Origin: Malacoraja senta
Lineage: Eukaryota
Length of the DNA: 64,000 nt
Direction: 5' to 3'
Assembly: GCA_038087875.1 (NCBI GenBank)
Contig: CM075998.1
Location: 6,326,001-6,390,000, forward strand
This document shows positions 24,993-36,324 of this stretch, in pieces (within the stretch, counting starts at the first letter, position 1; every line of letters starts with the position of its first letter). The position numbers and the translations under genes were made by a program. Under the pieces are notes generated by a model. That model did not search any database. It was not told the DNA's origin and saw nothing but the letters and a program-made list of their open reading frames with translations.

Positions 24993-25796
24993 AAACTGTC
25001 CAATAGAGTATTGCTATACCTCCGATCCTCAATTAGCAAGTGTACTAGAACGTGGACTTTGAAAATGGCACCTCTTGCATGCAGGCTCAGTATGTAGCAA
25101 GTGTACAGAAATAGTCCACTGAGTCCACATGCAACAGGCACCATGTTGAAAGTCCATGCTCTGGTTCTTATGAGCGGGGCCTGTTCCAGGCGAGCCCCAG
25201 GCTGTTGCGGGGCCTCCAGCCGTCTCCTTCCTTGGACTCCCTGTCCCTCTCCTCGCCCGTCCACCCTTGTTCCCCAGGGGGGTGGGAGCCTCCCGCAGCC
25301 GAGCTCGAGGGTGTAGTGTGCCAGCAAAGAATGTCACTGTGACTTGTCACATGTGACAATAAAGTATTCATTCACTCAATAGGGACTTAGTTGAGTTGAG
25401 TTTATTGTCACGTGTACCCAGGTACAGTGAACAGCTTTTGTTGCGTGCTAACCAGTCAGCGGAAAGCAGTGGCCAATCTACTGTGAAACTAATGAAGCTT
25501 AGCGTTGTTACAATCCCTGCCATCAGGTGGCGCTCTACACCTGCCCACTGCTGTGCGCGCGACACGAGAGGCTGGGGGGGGGGGGGGAGGAAAATGCAGG
25601 TTTTTATTGGTTGTCAGGGAGGGATTTCCTCGTATAACAAGCTTATAATGTAGAGGAAATCCCGTTCGCGATTTTTTTTCAAAACGTTGCTTGACTATTG
25701 AATCGCTGGATGAAAATCGGGTGCAACTTCAACGCCTTCAAAATCATGGATCGCAAGTTCAAGACAAAACAAAAGGTATATCGGATGTTTACCTTT

Positions 25797-26570
25797 TACC
25801 ATCTAAATGGTGGCCGATTAGGAAATGGGGAGATGCAGCGAGACCTGGGTGTCATGGTACACCAGTCATTGAAAGTAGGCATGCAGGTGCAGCAGGCAGT
25901 GAAGAAAGCGAATGGTATGTTGGCCTTCATAGCAAGAGGATTTGAGTATAGGAGCAGGGAGGTTCTACTGCAGTTGTACAGGGTCTTGGTGAGACCACAC
26001 CTGGAGTATTGCGTACAGTTTTGGTCTCCAAATCTGAGGAAGGACATTATAGCCATAGAGGGAGTACAGAGAAGGTTCACCAGACTGATTCCTGGGATGT
26101 CAGGACTTTCATATGAAGAAAGACTGGATAGACTTGGTTTATACTCGCTAGAATTTAGGAGATTGAGAGGGGCTCTTATAGAAACGTACAAAATTCTTAT
26201 GGGGTTGGACAGGCTAGATGCAGGAAGATTGTTCCCGATGTTGGGGAAGTCCAGGACAAGGGGTCACAGCTTAAGGATAAGGGGGAAATCCTTTAAGACC
26301 GAGATGAGGAAAAACTTTTTCACACAGAGAGTGGTGAATCTCTGGAACTCTCTGCCACAGAGGGTAGTTGAGGCCAGTTCATTGGATATATTTAAGAGGG
26401 AATTAGATGTGGCCCTTGTGGCTAAAGGGATCAGGGGGTATGGAGAGAAGGCAGGTATGGGATACTGAGTTGGATGATCAGCCATGATCGTATTGAATGG
26501 CGGTGCAGGCTCGAAGGGCCGAATGGCCTACTCCTGCACCTATTTTCTATGTATCTATGTATCTATGTTT
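25797..26570 (+). mobile_element. 5'-truncated CR1 LINE
   Basis: YHLNGGRLGNGEMQRDLGV...LYRVLVRPHLEYCVQFWSP...GYGEKAGMGY*; (TATCTATG)n tail. Confidence 0.95.
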
Positions 26571-26727
26571 ATTTAACATCTTATCTAGTTTTTGGTGTAA
26601 TTTTATATTAATCTGATGATACAAAATATGTTATTTAGGCCCCGATATCGACCGTGTCTTGCCTGCCGACTGTGAGTGTGAGCAAAATGGCGGTGGCCAC
26701 AATCCGATCTCTGTAACATAATCCACA

Positions 26728-26895
26728 AACATCTAAATTATCTATATTTTGTGTTATTCTCTATCCATGATCAATAATTTAATACTAAATATCTGACTAA
26801 AAACTTCCACAGTACATAGTTTTTAGTCAGATATTTAGAATGAAAATATTGATCATGGATAGACAATAACACAAAATATAGATAATTTAGATGTT
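26728..26895. repeat. AT-rich palindrome of about 170 bp (arms about 78 bp, 12-nt loop)
   Basis: aacatctaaattatctatattttgtgttatt...ctgactaaaaact / agtttttagtcag...aataacacaaaatatagataatttagatgtt. Confidence 0.85.
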
Positions 26896-27299
26896 CTTAT
26901 GACATGATCGTGCAAAAAATAATGATTTTGAATATCTTGAGAGTGGATGTTTGTGGATTTTGAACACATGTCTGTGTAAAACGGCCCTTGCCTGCTGCAG
27001 TGTTATAAACCAACAGAGTAAAATTTATGGGAATTAAACATTCAATTACTTCGATTTGGCATAAAAATTCATGACAAAGTGAGATTTAAAAATCATGTTA
27101 TATTGTGAATTCTTGTGTGAATGGGATCAGTTTGTTATTTGGATATCCTAACCCAGACCCGATACCACAGCCACATTTGCTTCCTCGGGACATGCCTGCG
27201 CCTCCATCTCATACCTCATAGCTTCCAGCTCCAGTTCCCTACCTCCCAGTTCAGACCCAAGCCGGACTATCGATACCGACTGGCTATCTGCCGTCATAC

Positions 27300-27677
27300 A
27301 GCTGCGTCCGCTGGACTGGAGGGCGGCAGCTTCGGCAGCTTCGACCACCCCGGGCCGCGGAGTTTGAGCCGGCCCGTCGCGGAGCACGGATTCGGCCGCT
27401 GGACTGGCTTACCGTCGCCCGGCGGGGCCACAGCATCAGAAGCCTGGATCGCCTCAGCGCAGAGGGAGAAGAAAGCGGGAAGAGACAGAGACTTTAAGAC
27501 TTTTGCCTCCATCACAGTGAGGAGGTGCCTGGTGAACTCACTGTGGTGGATGTTAATTTGTGTTTATTGTGTGTTTTGTCATTTATTATTATATGTATGA
27601 CTGCAGGCAACGAAATTTCGTTCAGACCGAAAGGTCTGAATGACAAATAAAGGAATCTCTAATCTCTAATCTCTAAT
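27300..27677 (+). repeat. 5'-truncated copy of the non-autonomous retro-family with Rex1-like tail, inserted in Penelope
   Basis: ccatcacagtgagg...gtggtggatgtt...gacaaataaagg then (CTCTAAT)n; ATACA on both flanks. Confidence 0.7.
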
Positions 27678-28159
27678 ACACAATAATTCTCCCACCGGGC
27701 ACTGAGATCAACCCTGGCTGCGATGCGCCGGCACCAGCAGGACCTCGCATTGACTCTCCCGAAACTTCGGGCCTCACTCACCCAGACCTGCAACGGGCCC
27801 CAACTCTATTTCATCTGCCGGAATATCCACCTCTTCAATCAACGATTCCTGGCCCACCTTAACTCCACCAAGGACCTGAAATTAGCCCGCCTCCAGGCCG
27901 CTCCTGCCGCCAACACTACGCGACTCGACCGCCCGCAGGCTCCGGGACCCAACTCCGTCCCACGCCGCCTGCCCGAGTCCCGCGACGCCATCTTGGCCAC
28001 GAGGAGCAGCTCCAGCACTCACCAGGACACCGCCTTCGCCGACCTCCAAGTCGAAGCTGCCGCCGACCTTCTCTTGCCTACCGATGACGCCCAGCCTCGC
28101 TGCCTCACCGGTAACTCTGTATATCTCCCTCTCCCCGATTCCTCCGCCTATCGCCACCA

Positions 28160-28375
28160 TAATGCGACCGCCGAACCTCATCGCTGCACTGGGCCCATCC
28201 AACATTCCCGCTGCACTGTGCATGCCGAATATTGCAGCCGCACCCGGCCCATCCAACATCGCCGTCGCACTGGGCCCGCCGAATATCGCCGTCACACCGG
28301 GCCCATCCAACATCGCCGCCGGACTGGACCTACTGAACATCGCCGCCGGACCGGGGCTCTCCGAACATGGCCGCC
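28160..28375 (+). repeat. In-frame 27-bp tandem repeat in the Penelope N-terminal region
   Basis: Encodes HRRRTGPIQ / YRRHTGPAE-like 9-aa units, about 7 copies. Confidence 0.75.
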
Positions 28376-28711
28376 GCACCGCGCCCTACTCACCTCGTCG
28401 CCTCACCGGGCTGGCCGAACCGCGCCGCCCCACCGACCATACGCCCACCGGGACCTCCCACACATCACCCGCCGACCCGGACTCTACTGCCCGCGGACTC
28501 CTACCATCGATTCCACCGACCCTCGCCACTCCACCGCCCTCCCGCAGCCGTCGCCTTACCTGCAGCTGGGACTCAGCACCGGGCCTGAAGCCTCCACACT
28601 GCTAACTCCCACTCCCCTAGGTTTGACTGCGCTGGGTCCTAGTGCTAGTCCCCCAACCCTGGTAACCTCAGTGGCTATTCCACTGGGTCTACCCCAGCCC
28701 CCTCAAACTTT

Positions 28712-31027
28712 GTGACCCCTGCTCTTCCCCACCCACACCACAGTCTTCATACCCCCCTACCCCCTGACCACCCACCACCCCCCCACCACACATCGCCTCG
28801 TCCCCATTCCACCCACCTGCCTTCCTCCGGCCCCAACCCCCATCCCTGCCGGGTGTTCACCATCCCCCCCGACCTCCCCCTCTCCGACACCGAAAGGTCG
28901 GTCCTCAGCAGAGGTCTTACCTTTGTCCCCCTCCATCCCCATCTCAATGAGTTCCTTGCCCACCACGACTTGGAGCTCTTCTACCGTCGCCTCCGCCTCA
29001 CAGCGTTCTTCCATGGGAAGGAGACCTCGCCCCCCACTGATGACCCCTTTTCCCGTCTCCAATGCACCCCCTCCTCGTGGACCCCCCCTCGTAGCCTTCC
29101 GGCTTTAGAACTCTTCATCAAAAACTGCCGCCGTGACATCAACCGCCTCAACTTCTCCACTCCCCTGTCTCACTCCAATCTCTCCCCCCTTGAACGCACT
29201 GCCATCGACTCACTCCGCAACAACCTAGATTGGGTTATCAAACCCGCCGACAAGGGAGGTGCCATGGTAGTCTGGCGCGCCGATCTCTACAAAGCTGAGG
29301 CCACGCGCCAACTCTCGGACACCTCCTCCTACTTACCCCTGGACCATGACCCCACTGACGAGCACCAGGCCACTATCTCTAGCACCATCATCGACTTCAT
29401 CCACTCCGGCTCCCTGCCCCCCCGAGCCTCCAACCTCATCGTTCCCCAGCCCCGCACGGCCCGATTTTACCTTCTCCCCAAAATCCACAAACCTAACTGT
29501 CCCGGTAGACCCATTGTCTCTGCCTGTTCGTGCCCCACCGAACTCATCTCCACCTACCTCAACTCCATCCTATCCCCCTTGGTTAAATCCCTCCCTACCT
29601 ATGTTCAAGACACCTCAGACACTCTCTATCGTCTCCGCGCATTCCACTCTCTAGGCCCTCACCCCCTCATCTTCACCATGGACGTCCAGTCATTGTACAC
29701 CTCCATCCCCCACCAGGATGGTCTCAAAGCCGTCCGGTTCTTCCTCGACCGGAGAAGCAAACTATACCCGGCCACTGATACTCTCCTCCGCCTAGCGGAG
29801 CTGGTCTTTACCCTCAATAACTTCTCATTTGACTCCTCCCATTTCCTCCAAATACAAGGCGTAGCTATGGGCACACGCATGGGCCCCAGATACGCCTGCA
29901 TCTTGGTCGGGTACGTCGAACAATCCTTGTTCGAGGCGTACCAGGGCCCCATCCCCGACCTCTACCTCCGCTACATCGATGACTGTTTTGGTGCTACCTC
30001 CTGCACCCACACACAACTGACTGACTTCATCCGCTTCACCACTAACTTCTATCCGGCACTCAAATACACCTGGACCATTTCCGACACTTCCCTACCATTT
30101 CTTGACCTCACTATCTCCATCGCAGGTGATAGACTTCTGACCGACATCCACTACAAACCTACTGACTCCCATGTCTATCTGGACTACACTTCTTCCCACC
30201 CTGCTTCCTGTAAGGACTCCATCCCCTACTCCCAATTCCTCCGTCTACGCCGCATCTGCTCCCAGGATGAGGTGTTCCGCACCAGGGCATCGCAAATGTC
30301 CTCATTCTTCAGGGAACGGGGGTTCCCCTCCCCTACTATAGATGAGGCTCACACCAGGGTCTCTTCCATACCCCGTAACTCTGCTCTCACTCCCCATCCC
30401 CCCACTTGCAACAAAGGCAGAGTCCCCCTAGTCCTCACCTTTCACCCCACCAGCCATCACATACAACAAGTGATCCTCCGTCAGTTTTGCCACCTCCAAC
30501 GTGACCCCAGCACTCGCCACATCTTCCCATCTCCCCCCCTGTCTGCTTTCCGCAAAGACCGCTCCCTCCGTAACTCCCTTCTCAATTCTTCCCTTCCCTC
30601 CCGTACCACCCCCTCCCCGGGTACTTTCCCTTGTAACCGCAGGAAATGCTACACTTGTCGCTTCACCTCCCCCCTCGACTCCATTCAAGGACCCAAGCAG
30701 TCGTTCCAGGTGCGACAGAGGTTCACCTGCACCTCCTCCAACCTCATCTATTGCATCCGCTGCTCTAGATGTCAGCTGATCTATATCGGTGAGACCAAGC
30801 GTAGGCTTGGCGATCGTTTCGCCGAACACCTCCGCATTAACCAACCTGACCTCCCGGTGGCTCAGCACTTCAACTCCCCCTCCCATTCCATATCCGACCT
30901 TTCTGTCCTGGGTCTCCTCCATGGCCAGAGCAAGCACCACCGGAAATTGGAGGAAGAGCACCTCATATTCCGCTTGGGGAGTCTGCATCCCGGTGGCATG
31001 AACATTGAATTCTCACAATTCCGTTAG
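28712..31027 (+). CDS. Penelope RT plus Cys-rich linker plus GIY-YIG endonuclease (open for 771 codons)
   Basis: IKPADKGG, YLLPKIHK...GRPIVS, MDVQSLYTSIP, GVAMGT, YLRYIDD, CNRRKCYTC, NLIYCIRCSRCQLIYIGETKRRLGDRFAEH. Confidence 0.93.
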   Translation: MTPALPHPHHSLHTPLPPDHPPPPHHTSPRPHSTHLPSSGPNPHPCRVFTIPPDLPLSDTERSVLSRGLTFVPLHPHLNEFLAHHDLELFYRRLRLTAFFHGKETSPPTDDPFSRLQCTPSSWTPPRSLPALELFIKNCRRDINRLNFSTPLSHSNLSPLERTAIDSLRNNLDWVIKPADKGGAMVVWRADLYKAEATRQLSDTSSYLPLDHDPTDEHQATISSTIIDFIHSGSLPPRASNLIVPQPRTARFYLLPKIHKPNCPGRPIVSACSCPTELISTYLNSILSPLVKSLPTYVQDTSDTLYRLRAFHSLGPHPLIFTMDVQSLYTSIPHQDGLKAVRFFLDRRSKLYPATDTLLRLAELVFTLNNFSFDSSHFLQIQGVAMGTRMGPRYACILVGYVEQSLFEAYQGPIPDLYLRYIDDCFGATSCTHTQLTDFIRFTTNFYPALKYTWTISDTSLPFLDLTISIAGDRLLTDIHYKPTDSHVYLDYTSSHPASCKDSIPYSQFLRLRRICSQDEVFRTRASQMSSFFRERGFPSPTIDEAHTRVSSIPRNSALTPHPPTCNKGRVPLVLTFHPTSHHIQQVILRQFCHLQRDPSTRHIFPSPPLSAFRKDRSLRNSLLNSSLPSRTTPSPGTFPCNRRKCYTCRFTSPLDSIQGPKQSFQVRQRFTCTSSNLIYCIRCSRCQLIYIGETKRRLGDRFAEHLRINQPDLPVAQHFNSPSHSISDLSVLGLLHGQSKHHRKLEEEHLIFRLGSLHPGGMNIEFSQFR

Positions 31028-31495
31028 CCCTTGCTGTCTCCTCCCCTTCCTAGCTCTTCCTCAGCCCTCAGGCTCCTCCTCCTCCTTTTCCCTTTCTTCT
31101 CCCCGCCCCCCGCCCCCATCAGTCTGAAGAAGGGTTTCGTCCTGAAACGTTGCCTATTTCCATCTCTCCATAGATGCTGCTGCACCCGCTGAGTTTCTCC
31201 AGCACTTTTGTGTACCTGTTATTTGGATACTTTGGCTATTAAAAAAAATATTTTTAGCCTATTCTTAAGAATGGGATAGATGTTTAGATCTAGTAATTGA
31301 ATTTAGATGAATTTAATTGATTTGATGACACTGATGAATTTTTTTGTTGGGTATTTACTATTTGTTTTAACGTTTAACTTGTGTTAGGCATTTTGTTGAA
31401 CAAAATTATTTCTCCTTTTTTTTTTCTAAAACTGCAAATAAAAACTTGTTTCTACTTAATTCTTGTTCAGTGGGTTTTTTCTTTACATTTTTCAG

Positions 31496-32537
31496 ATGCC
31501 TCCGAAGAAGAAATGCAAAATTGTCAATCCAAATGCCCAACCTAGCAGAGCTAGAGCTCACCTTGAAGTGAATTTCTCCTACATGCCCAAGTCTAAGAGG
31601 AATCTTAAAAATGGACACATCTTGTACTTGTATACCTCGTTTGGAAAATGTCTGAAACTGAGAGACGGCTGAGTTCACGTTTTTCTTTGTCCGATGCAGA
31701 AGGCTAGTCATTTGCTGCTGTTAACTCAAGTGCAAAGATTCTCGTTAAGTGGACTTTGCTTAAGTTTAAAAAACTCAGCAATCCCAAGGAACTTGAAACA
31801 TTTACGGAAATTTGTGATGAAACTTTTAAACTTCCAGAAGGCAGGCAACACATTTCTTTAGATGACACTCCACCGCCTGGTGCTCAAGATCCTGAATCCT
31901 TGACATCTGCCGAAAGCCAAGTGCCCATACTTCAAGACACTGAGGACATGTACGATGACAGTCATAGTCTGCATCCTCCACTGAATCTAGCAATGCCAAC
32001 GACAGCTGCTGCCTCACCTGAACCAATGCCATCGACATCTAGTGTTTCAACAAGATGTACCAGAGAATTTCTAAGTCTTTCACCAAGTGAAGAAAAGACT
32101 AAACTTTCTGTCCACATCCAGGGCTGCTCTTGCACCAAAGTATCGCACAAAGATCAGTGAACTTAGGGCACAGTTGAAAACTCCCAAACGTGTAGTTAAT
32201 CAAACCTGAGAAAGCAAAACCAAATAGATTTGAAAGACAGAAAGATTCAGGAACTCAAACCAAATTACGTGGGAATACTTTGGCACGAGAGCTTGCTGAA
32301 ACCAAGGCAGAGTTTTTAAAACTTTAAAAAACCACACAGACAATTGCTCAAGTTTCGTGGCAGTAAGAAAAAGAGGAAAACTGTTTCAATTCTCCAGTAC
32401 AGAAAAGTTCAGGAAAAACTCAAGGACAGGGAAGAGGATGTGAGACGCCTCGAATTTGACAATCTTGACCTCAAAGAAACAATCGACACTCTGGAGGCTG
32501 CCAGTATAGTCAAGTCAAAGGTGGACCAGAAGACTTC
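31496..32537 (+). pseudogene. Likely N-terminal part of the hATw-like element protein (stops and frameshifts)
   Basis: ttttcag|ATG MPPKKKCKIVNP..., then a Ser/Pro-rich linker and coiled-coil-like KVQEKLKDREEDVRRLEFDNLDLKETI; cut off at the Harbinger MITE. Confidence 0.55.
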
Positions 32538-33301
32538 AGGGGCTGTCCCACTGCGGCGTCCTAATCTGTGAGTTTAGACGAGTTTGCCCTCAACTCAAAC
32601 TCGCAGCATGGTCGACACGTGGTCCTAGGAGGTCCTATGAGGTCACTGGAACTCTCCTTCATGCTTGAGGGAAGTTCCCGAATACTCGCGACCTCAGCTA
32701 GGTATCGGAATTTTTTTTAGCATGTTGAAAAAATGTCCGTGAGTAAAATTTGGTCGGCATGGTTCTTTTTAACTCGTAGTGCAGTGGAGTGGGGGCACTA
32801 TTTAGTTACAGGCAGTCGAGGGCAGCCGTAGGCCATCTCCTTCGCTGACCGGGCATTTTAATTGGCTCATTGGAGTTTTCAGGACCAAGGAAAACCGACC
32901 GGTAGGTAAAATGCCCGCTAAACTTTATTAAAAGTTATCTGGCTTCTTAATAGTGTCTCCAATCCTTCTCCCCTCCCCCTTCTCTCCCCTTCTCTCTCCT
33001 TCTCTCCCCTTCTCTCCCCCCACCCCCCTCTCTAAAGGACTTACCGTACACTGTACAGCCGTCTTTTAACTTCCTCTTCATCGCGGGTGTGAATTTCAGA
33101 CAGCGTTCCCCCCCTTTCCCTGGCCCCCGCCTTTGCAATGTGTGTGTGTGTGCGTGTGTGTGCGGTCGGTCGATCCAGCTCGCGGTTTCAACATGGACGG
33201 TCGATCCAGCTCGAGGTTTTCCAGGCGAGTGCCCTCGAGCTTGAAGGTTGAAGGCACTCTTCTTAACTTGCGGATTAGGTCGTCGCAGTGGGACAGCCCC
33301 T
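32538..33301. mobile_element. Harbinger MITE
   Basis: TIR AGGGGCTGTCCCACTGCG...CGCAGTGGGACAGCCCCT; right flank TTA, left flank TTC; related to 47076-47598. Confidence 0.85.
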
Positions 33302-34039
33302 TTACTTGTAATTTCTTTACCTATCTGTTACGGACATAGCATATAATACAATAATATTAAAGTTCTGATCTTGGGAATATCACATTTTTGAATTTTCAAG
33401 GCAGTCTGGGTGTTTATTACTATTTCCGTCACAACGGTCAATTTTGTCATTAGCTACAATTAGGTAACTAACTAATTATATGCTTTTATTTCAGATCATC
33501 CAAGTAAGATGTTTCATATTTGTTTCAGAATGCTTCAATCTGTAATAACTGAAAATTTCATTCAGTTCTCTTAATTTTTAAGAAAGTTATGGGCTTTTGA
33601 CTGTCCTCGATCACAGCTTTTGTGTTAAGTCAATGGAAAAGCAATGGATGCTAATTTCCCAGTATGAAAATGGCCATACCTTTTTTAATACTGAAGATAT
33701 GAAAGTGAATTAGGTATCAAATTAAACTTCTTTTTATGCTTTATATGATGGGATAAATTACAGGCTTGATTTTTAAAATCTCAAAATGTTGTAACAGAAG
33801 CAACTTTAGTCCAGATATTCTTCTGATATAAATCGGAATTCTGATTTTTTTGTTTTCCTAGAAATGAATCTGATTTTTCACCTCAACTAAACCCCTCGCC
33901 TCGACTAAACTTCACCTCACACATAAACCTCAACTCAATAAACCTCGCCTCGACTAAACCTCCCACCTCACACACAATCCAAGCCTCGACTAATCGTCGC
34001 CTCTCTCCTGCTCTTGTGGGGAGGGGCTGCGGCCGCCGT

Positions 34040-34201
34040 GGGCGGGGCTGGGGCACGACGTCAATGCGCGTGCGTCCCGCCCCTCCCCTCCCACCGGCTC
34101 ACTCGGGCAATGGGCCTGCGCCGCTCTCTGCCCTGCCCCCCTGGTTGGAGCCGTTCCGCTCACGTGAGGCGCCGCCAATGGCCGGGGGGGGGCTATAAAT
34201 A
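34040..34201 (+). promoter_or_regulatory. Pol II promoter-like motif cluster
   Basis: GGGCGG 34040, GACGTCA 34057, CACGTG 34161, CCAAT 34175, TATAAATA 34194, in CpG-rich DNA; no transcription evidence. Confidence 0.4.
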
Positions 34202-34257
34202 GCGGGAGCGGGAGAGAGGCGCCAATTAGTTGAGGCGCGGATTAGGTGTAGTTTATT

Positions 34258-34985
34258 TGGTCGGTGGGAGCGCTGCGAGACGGCTGCCCTGCCAGCAGCG
34301 TGTTCCTTATTTCTACTTTTTTGTTTTTTTTAGTGTCCAAATGTTTGCTTTAGTGTCTCTTGGTGTGTCTTGTGTGAGGGGGGGAACCGCTTTCGGTCGC
34401 CTCCTCCACGGAGAGGCGACTTTTTCCATGTCGCCTCCCTTGCAGCCTAACAGCGTGGATTGGAGCTGCCTTTCCCGGAGTCGGGCCCGGAGTTTCAGCA
34501 GCGGGCGCAGCGTGGACTTTTCATCGCGGAGCGAGCGATCCCTTGCCGGGGGTCGCCAGAGAGGAGTGCTCCGATCGCTGTTATATCCTGAAGCCGCGGT
34601 CTGCGGAGCTTCTAGCCGCGGGCACGGCGTCCGGTGCCTGGGATCCCTCGTTGGGGATCCCCGGGGAAGAGCTCCAGCCGCTGGCCTGCGGCCTACATCA
34701 TCCTGAAGCCGCGGCCTCCGGTAGGAAAGCGCCGATTCGGGACCTGTACATCCGACCGCCCGTAGCGGTGGTTGCGGAGGTTTATGGGCCCGACCACGGG
34801 TGAACAAGGAGGAGGACTGACTGTACTTTGTGCCTTCCACCACAGTGAAGAATGCTGTGGTGGATGTTTGTGTTAAATCTTATTGTGTATTGTGTGTTCT
34901 TTTTGATTTTACCGCTTCTGGCAAATTCATTTCACTGCACTTATATGTGTATGGGACGAATAAAATTGATTGATTGATTGATTTA
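34258..34985 (+). mobile_element. Non-autonomous retroelement (no tRNA head, Rex1-like 3' end)
   Basis: acggctgccctgccagcagc head, T-rich block, GC-rich core, ccttccaccacagtga...gaataaa then (GATT)n. Confidence 0.65.
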
Positions 34986-35359
34986 ATCGTGAGGTTTAGT
35001 TAAGTTGAGGTGGGGTTAAGGTGTGAGGTTTATTTGAGGGACAAGGTTTAGTGAGGTACGGTTTAGTAGAGGCGAGGTTTAGTTGTGAGGAGAAGTTTGG
35101 TATTGAAGTATCGTCGTGGTGAGGGGTTTAGTCCAGGTGTAGGTGTGTAGGTGAGGGGAAGTGAGCATAGGTGAGGTGAGGAGAAGTGGGTGTCTGAGCT
35201 CAGGAAGGGGACAAGACCACTGCCTTCTGCTGAAGGAGACAAGACCACTGCCTTCTGTGGCAGAGAATTCCACAAAAGGTTTTTTCTCATCTCAGTGCTA
35301 GGCAAGAGACATTTCAGGTAACATATTTTTTGGTAAATATTTTTTTAGCTGTATGAGGC

Positions 35360-35660
35360 CATTTATTGAAACATATAAGATTATTAAGCGTTTGGACACG
35401 CTAGAGGCAGGAAACATGTTTTCAATGCTGTGAGTGTCCAGAACCAGGGGCCACAGTTTAAGGATAATGTGTAGGCCATTTAAAACGTAGATGTGGAAAA
35501 ACTATTTCTCACACAGAGTTGTGAATCTGTGGAATTCTCTGCCTCAGAAGGCAGTGGGGGCCGGTTCTCTGGATACTTTCAAGAGAGAGCTAGATAGAGC
35601 TCTTAAAGATAGCGGAGTCAGGGGATATGGGGAGAAGGCAGGAACGGGGTACTGATTGTT
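35360..35660 (+). mobile_element. CR1 3' fragment, preceded by a short inverted CR1 piece at about 35215-35300
   Basis: ttggacacgctagaggcaggaaacatg...ggggatatggggagaaggcaggaacggggtactga. Confidence 0.85.
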
Positions 35661-36324
35661 GGTCGGCGTGGATTCAGTGTTTCCATGCTGTATCTCTAAA
35701 GTCTAAAGTTGCTGCTTTCCTCAACATGCCTTTCCAGCAGTTTCTGTTTTTATTTCAGATTTCCAGTATCTGCAGTATTTTAATTTAGTAGATGCACCAG
35801 TAAAATAGGAAGGCAAGGCTTACAGTATGTGGAATTTTTTTGAACGGATAATAAGAAATTTTGTGGAGGGAAATTGCCAGATGATGTTTTGGGTCGGGAC
35901 TTTTCTTTAGACCGATCTCTCTCCACAGATGCTGCCTGACCCGCTGAGTTCCTCCAGCACATTTTACTCAACATTCCAGCATTCAGTTGAGTTTAGTTTA
36001 TTGGCACGTGTGGTACAGTGAAAAGCGTTGGTTGCGTGCTATCCAGTCAGCAAATAGACAACACATGATTTTAGTATCTTGGTTTGGAAACTCTAGAAGT
36101 CTATGATGCAAAACAACGGAAACAGAACAAATTAACGCTGAGACACAAGGAACAGCGTAATCTGGATTATTGCGTAAAACATGATGCGTTGGAGGAACTC
36201 AGCAGGTCAGGCAGCATCTTGTGGAGGGAATGGACAGGCGATGTTTCGGGTCGGGACCCTTCTTCTGAATGTTGAGTACCAGGCCAGGGCAAGGTTGGAA
36301 ACCAAACAAATTTTTCTTTTAGAA

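Larger units (their letters stand above)
27146..31216 (+). mobile_element. Penelope-like element (Neptune-type), 5'-truncated, 13-bp TSD
   Basis: TGTTATTTGGATA at 27133-27145 and 31217-31229; N-terminal RYHSHICFLGTCLRLHLIP; RT and GIY-YIG; hammerhead-motif 3' end. Confidence 0.93.
25500..33796 (+). mobile_element. hATw-like TIR transposon, copy 2, carrying nested CR1, Penelope and Harbinger MITE
   Basis: Starts TAGCGTTGTTACAA after TGAAGCT; ends TTGTAACA (last bases lost) before GAAGC; 27020-27145 and 33305-33796 closely match copy 1. Confidence 0.75.
33878..35190. repeat. Foldback-like region: (cctcaactaaa)-type arrays in inverted orientation around a GC-rich core
   Basis: 33878-33995 cacctc/gactaaac repeats versus 34225-34257 and 34988-35190 gtttagt/gaggtg repeats; termini not resolved. 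Confidence 0.55.

Noticed and set aside
25519..25534. CTCF-like motif CCATCAGGTGGCGC (and a near match at about 59452-59466)
   Set aside because: Single imperfect matches inside repeats, absent from copy 1; not distinguishable from chance without binding data.
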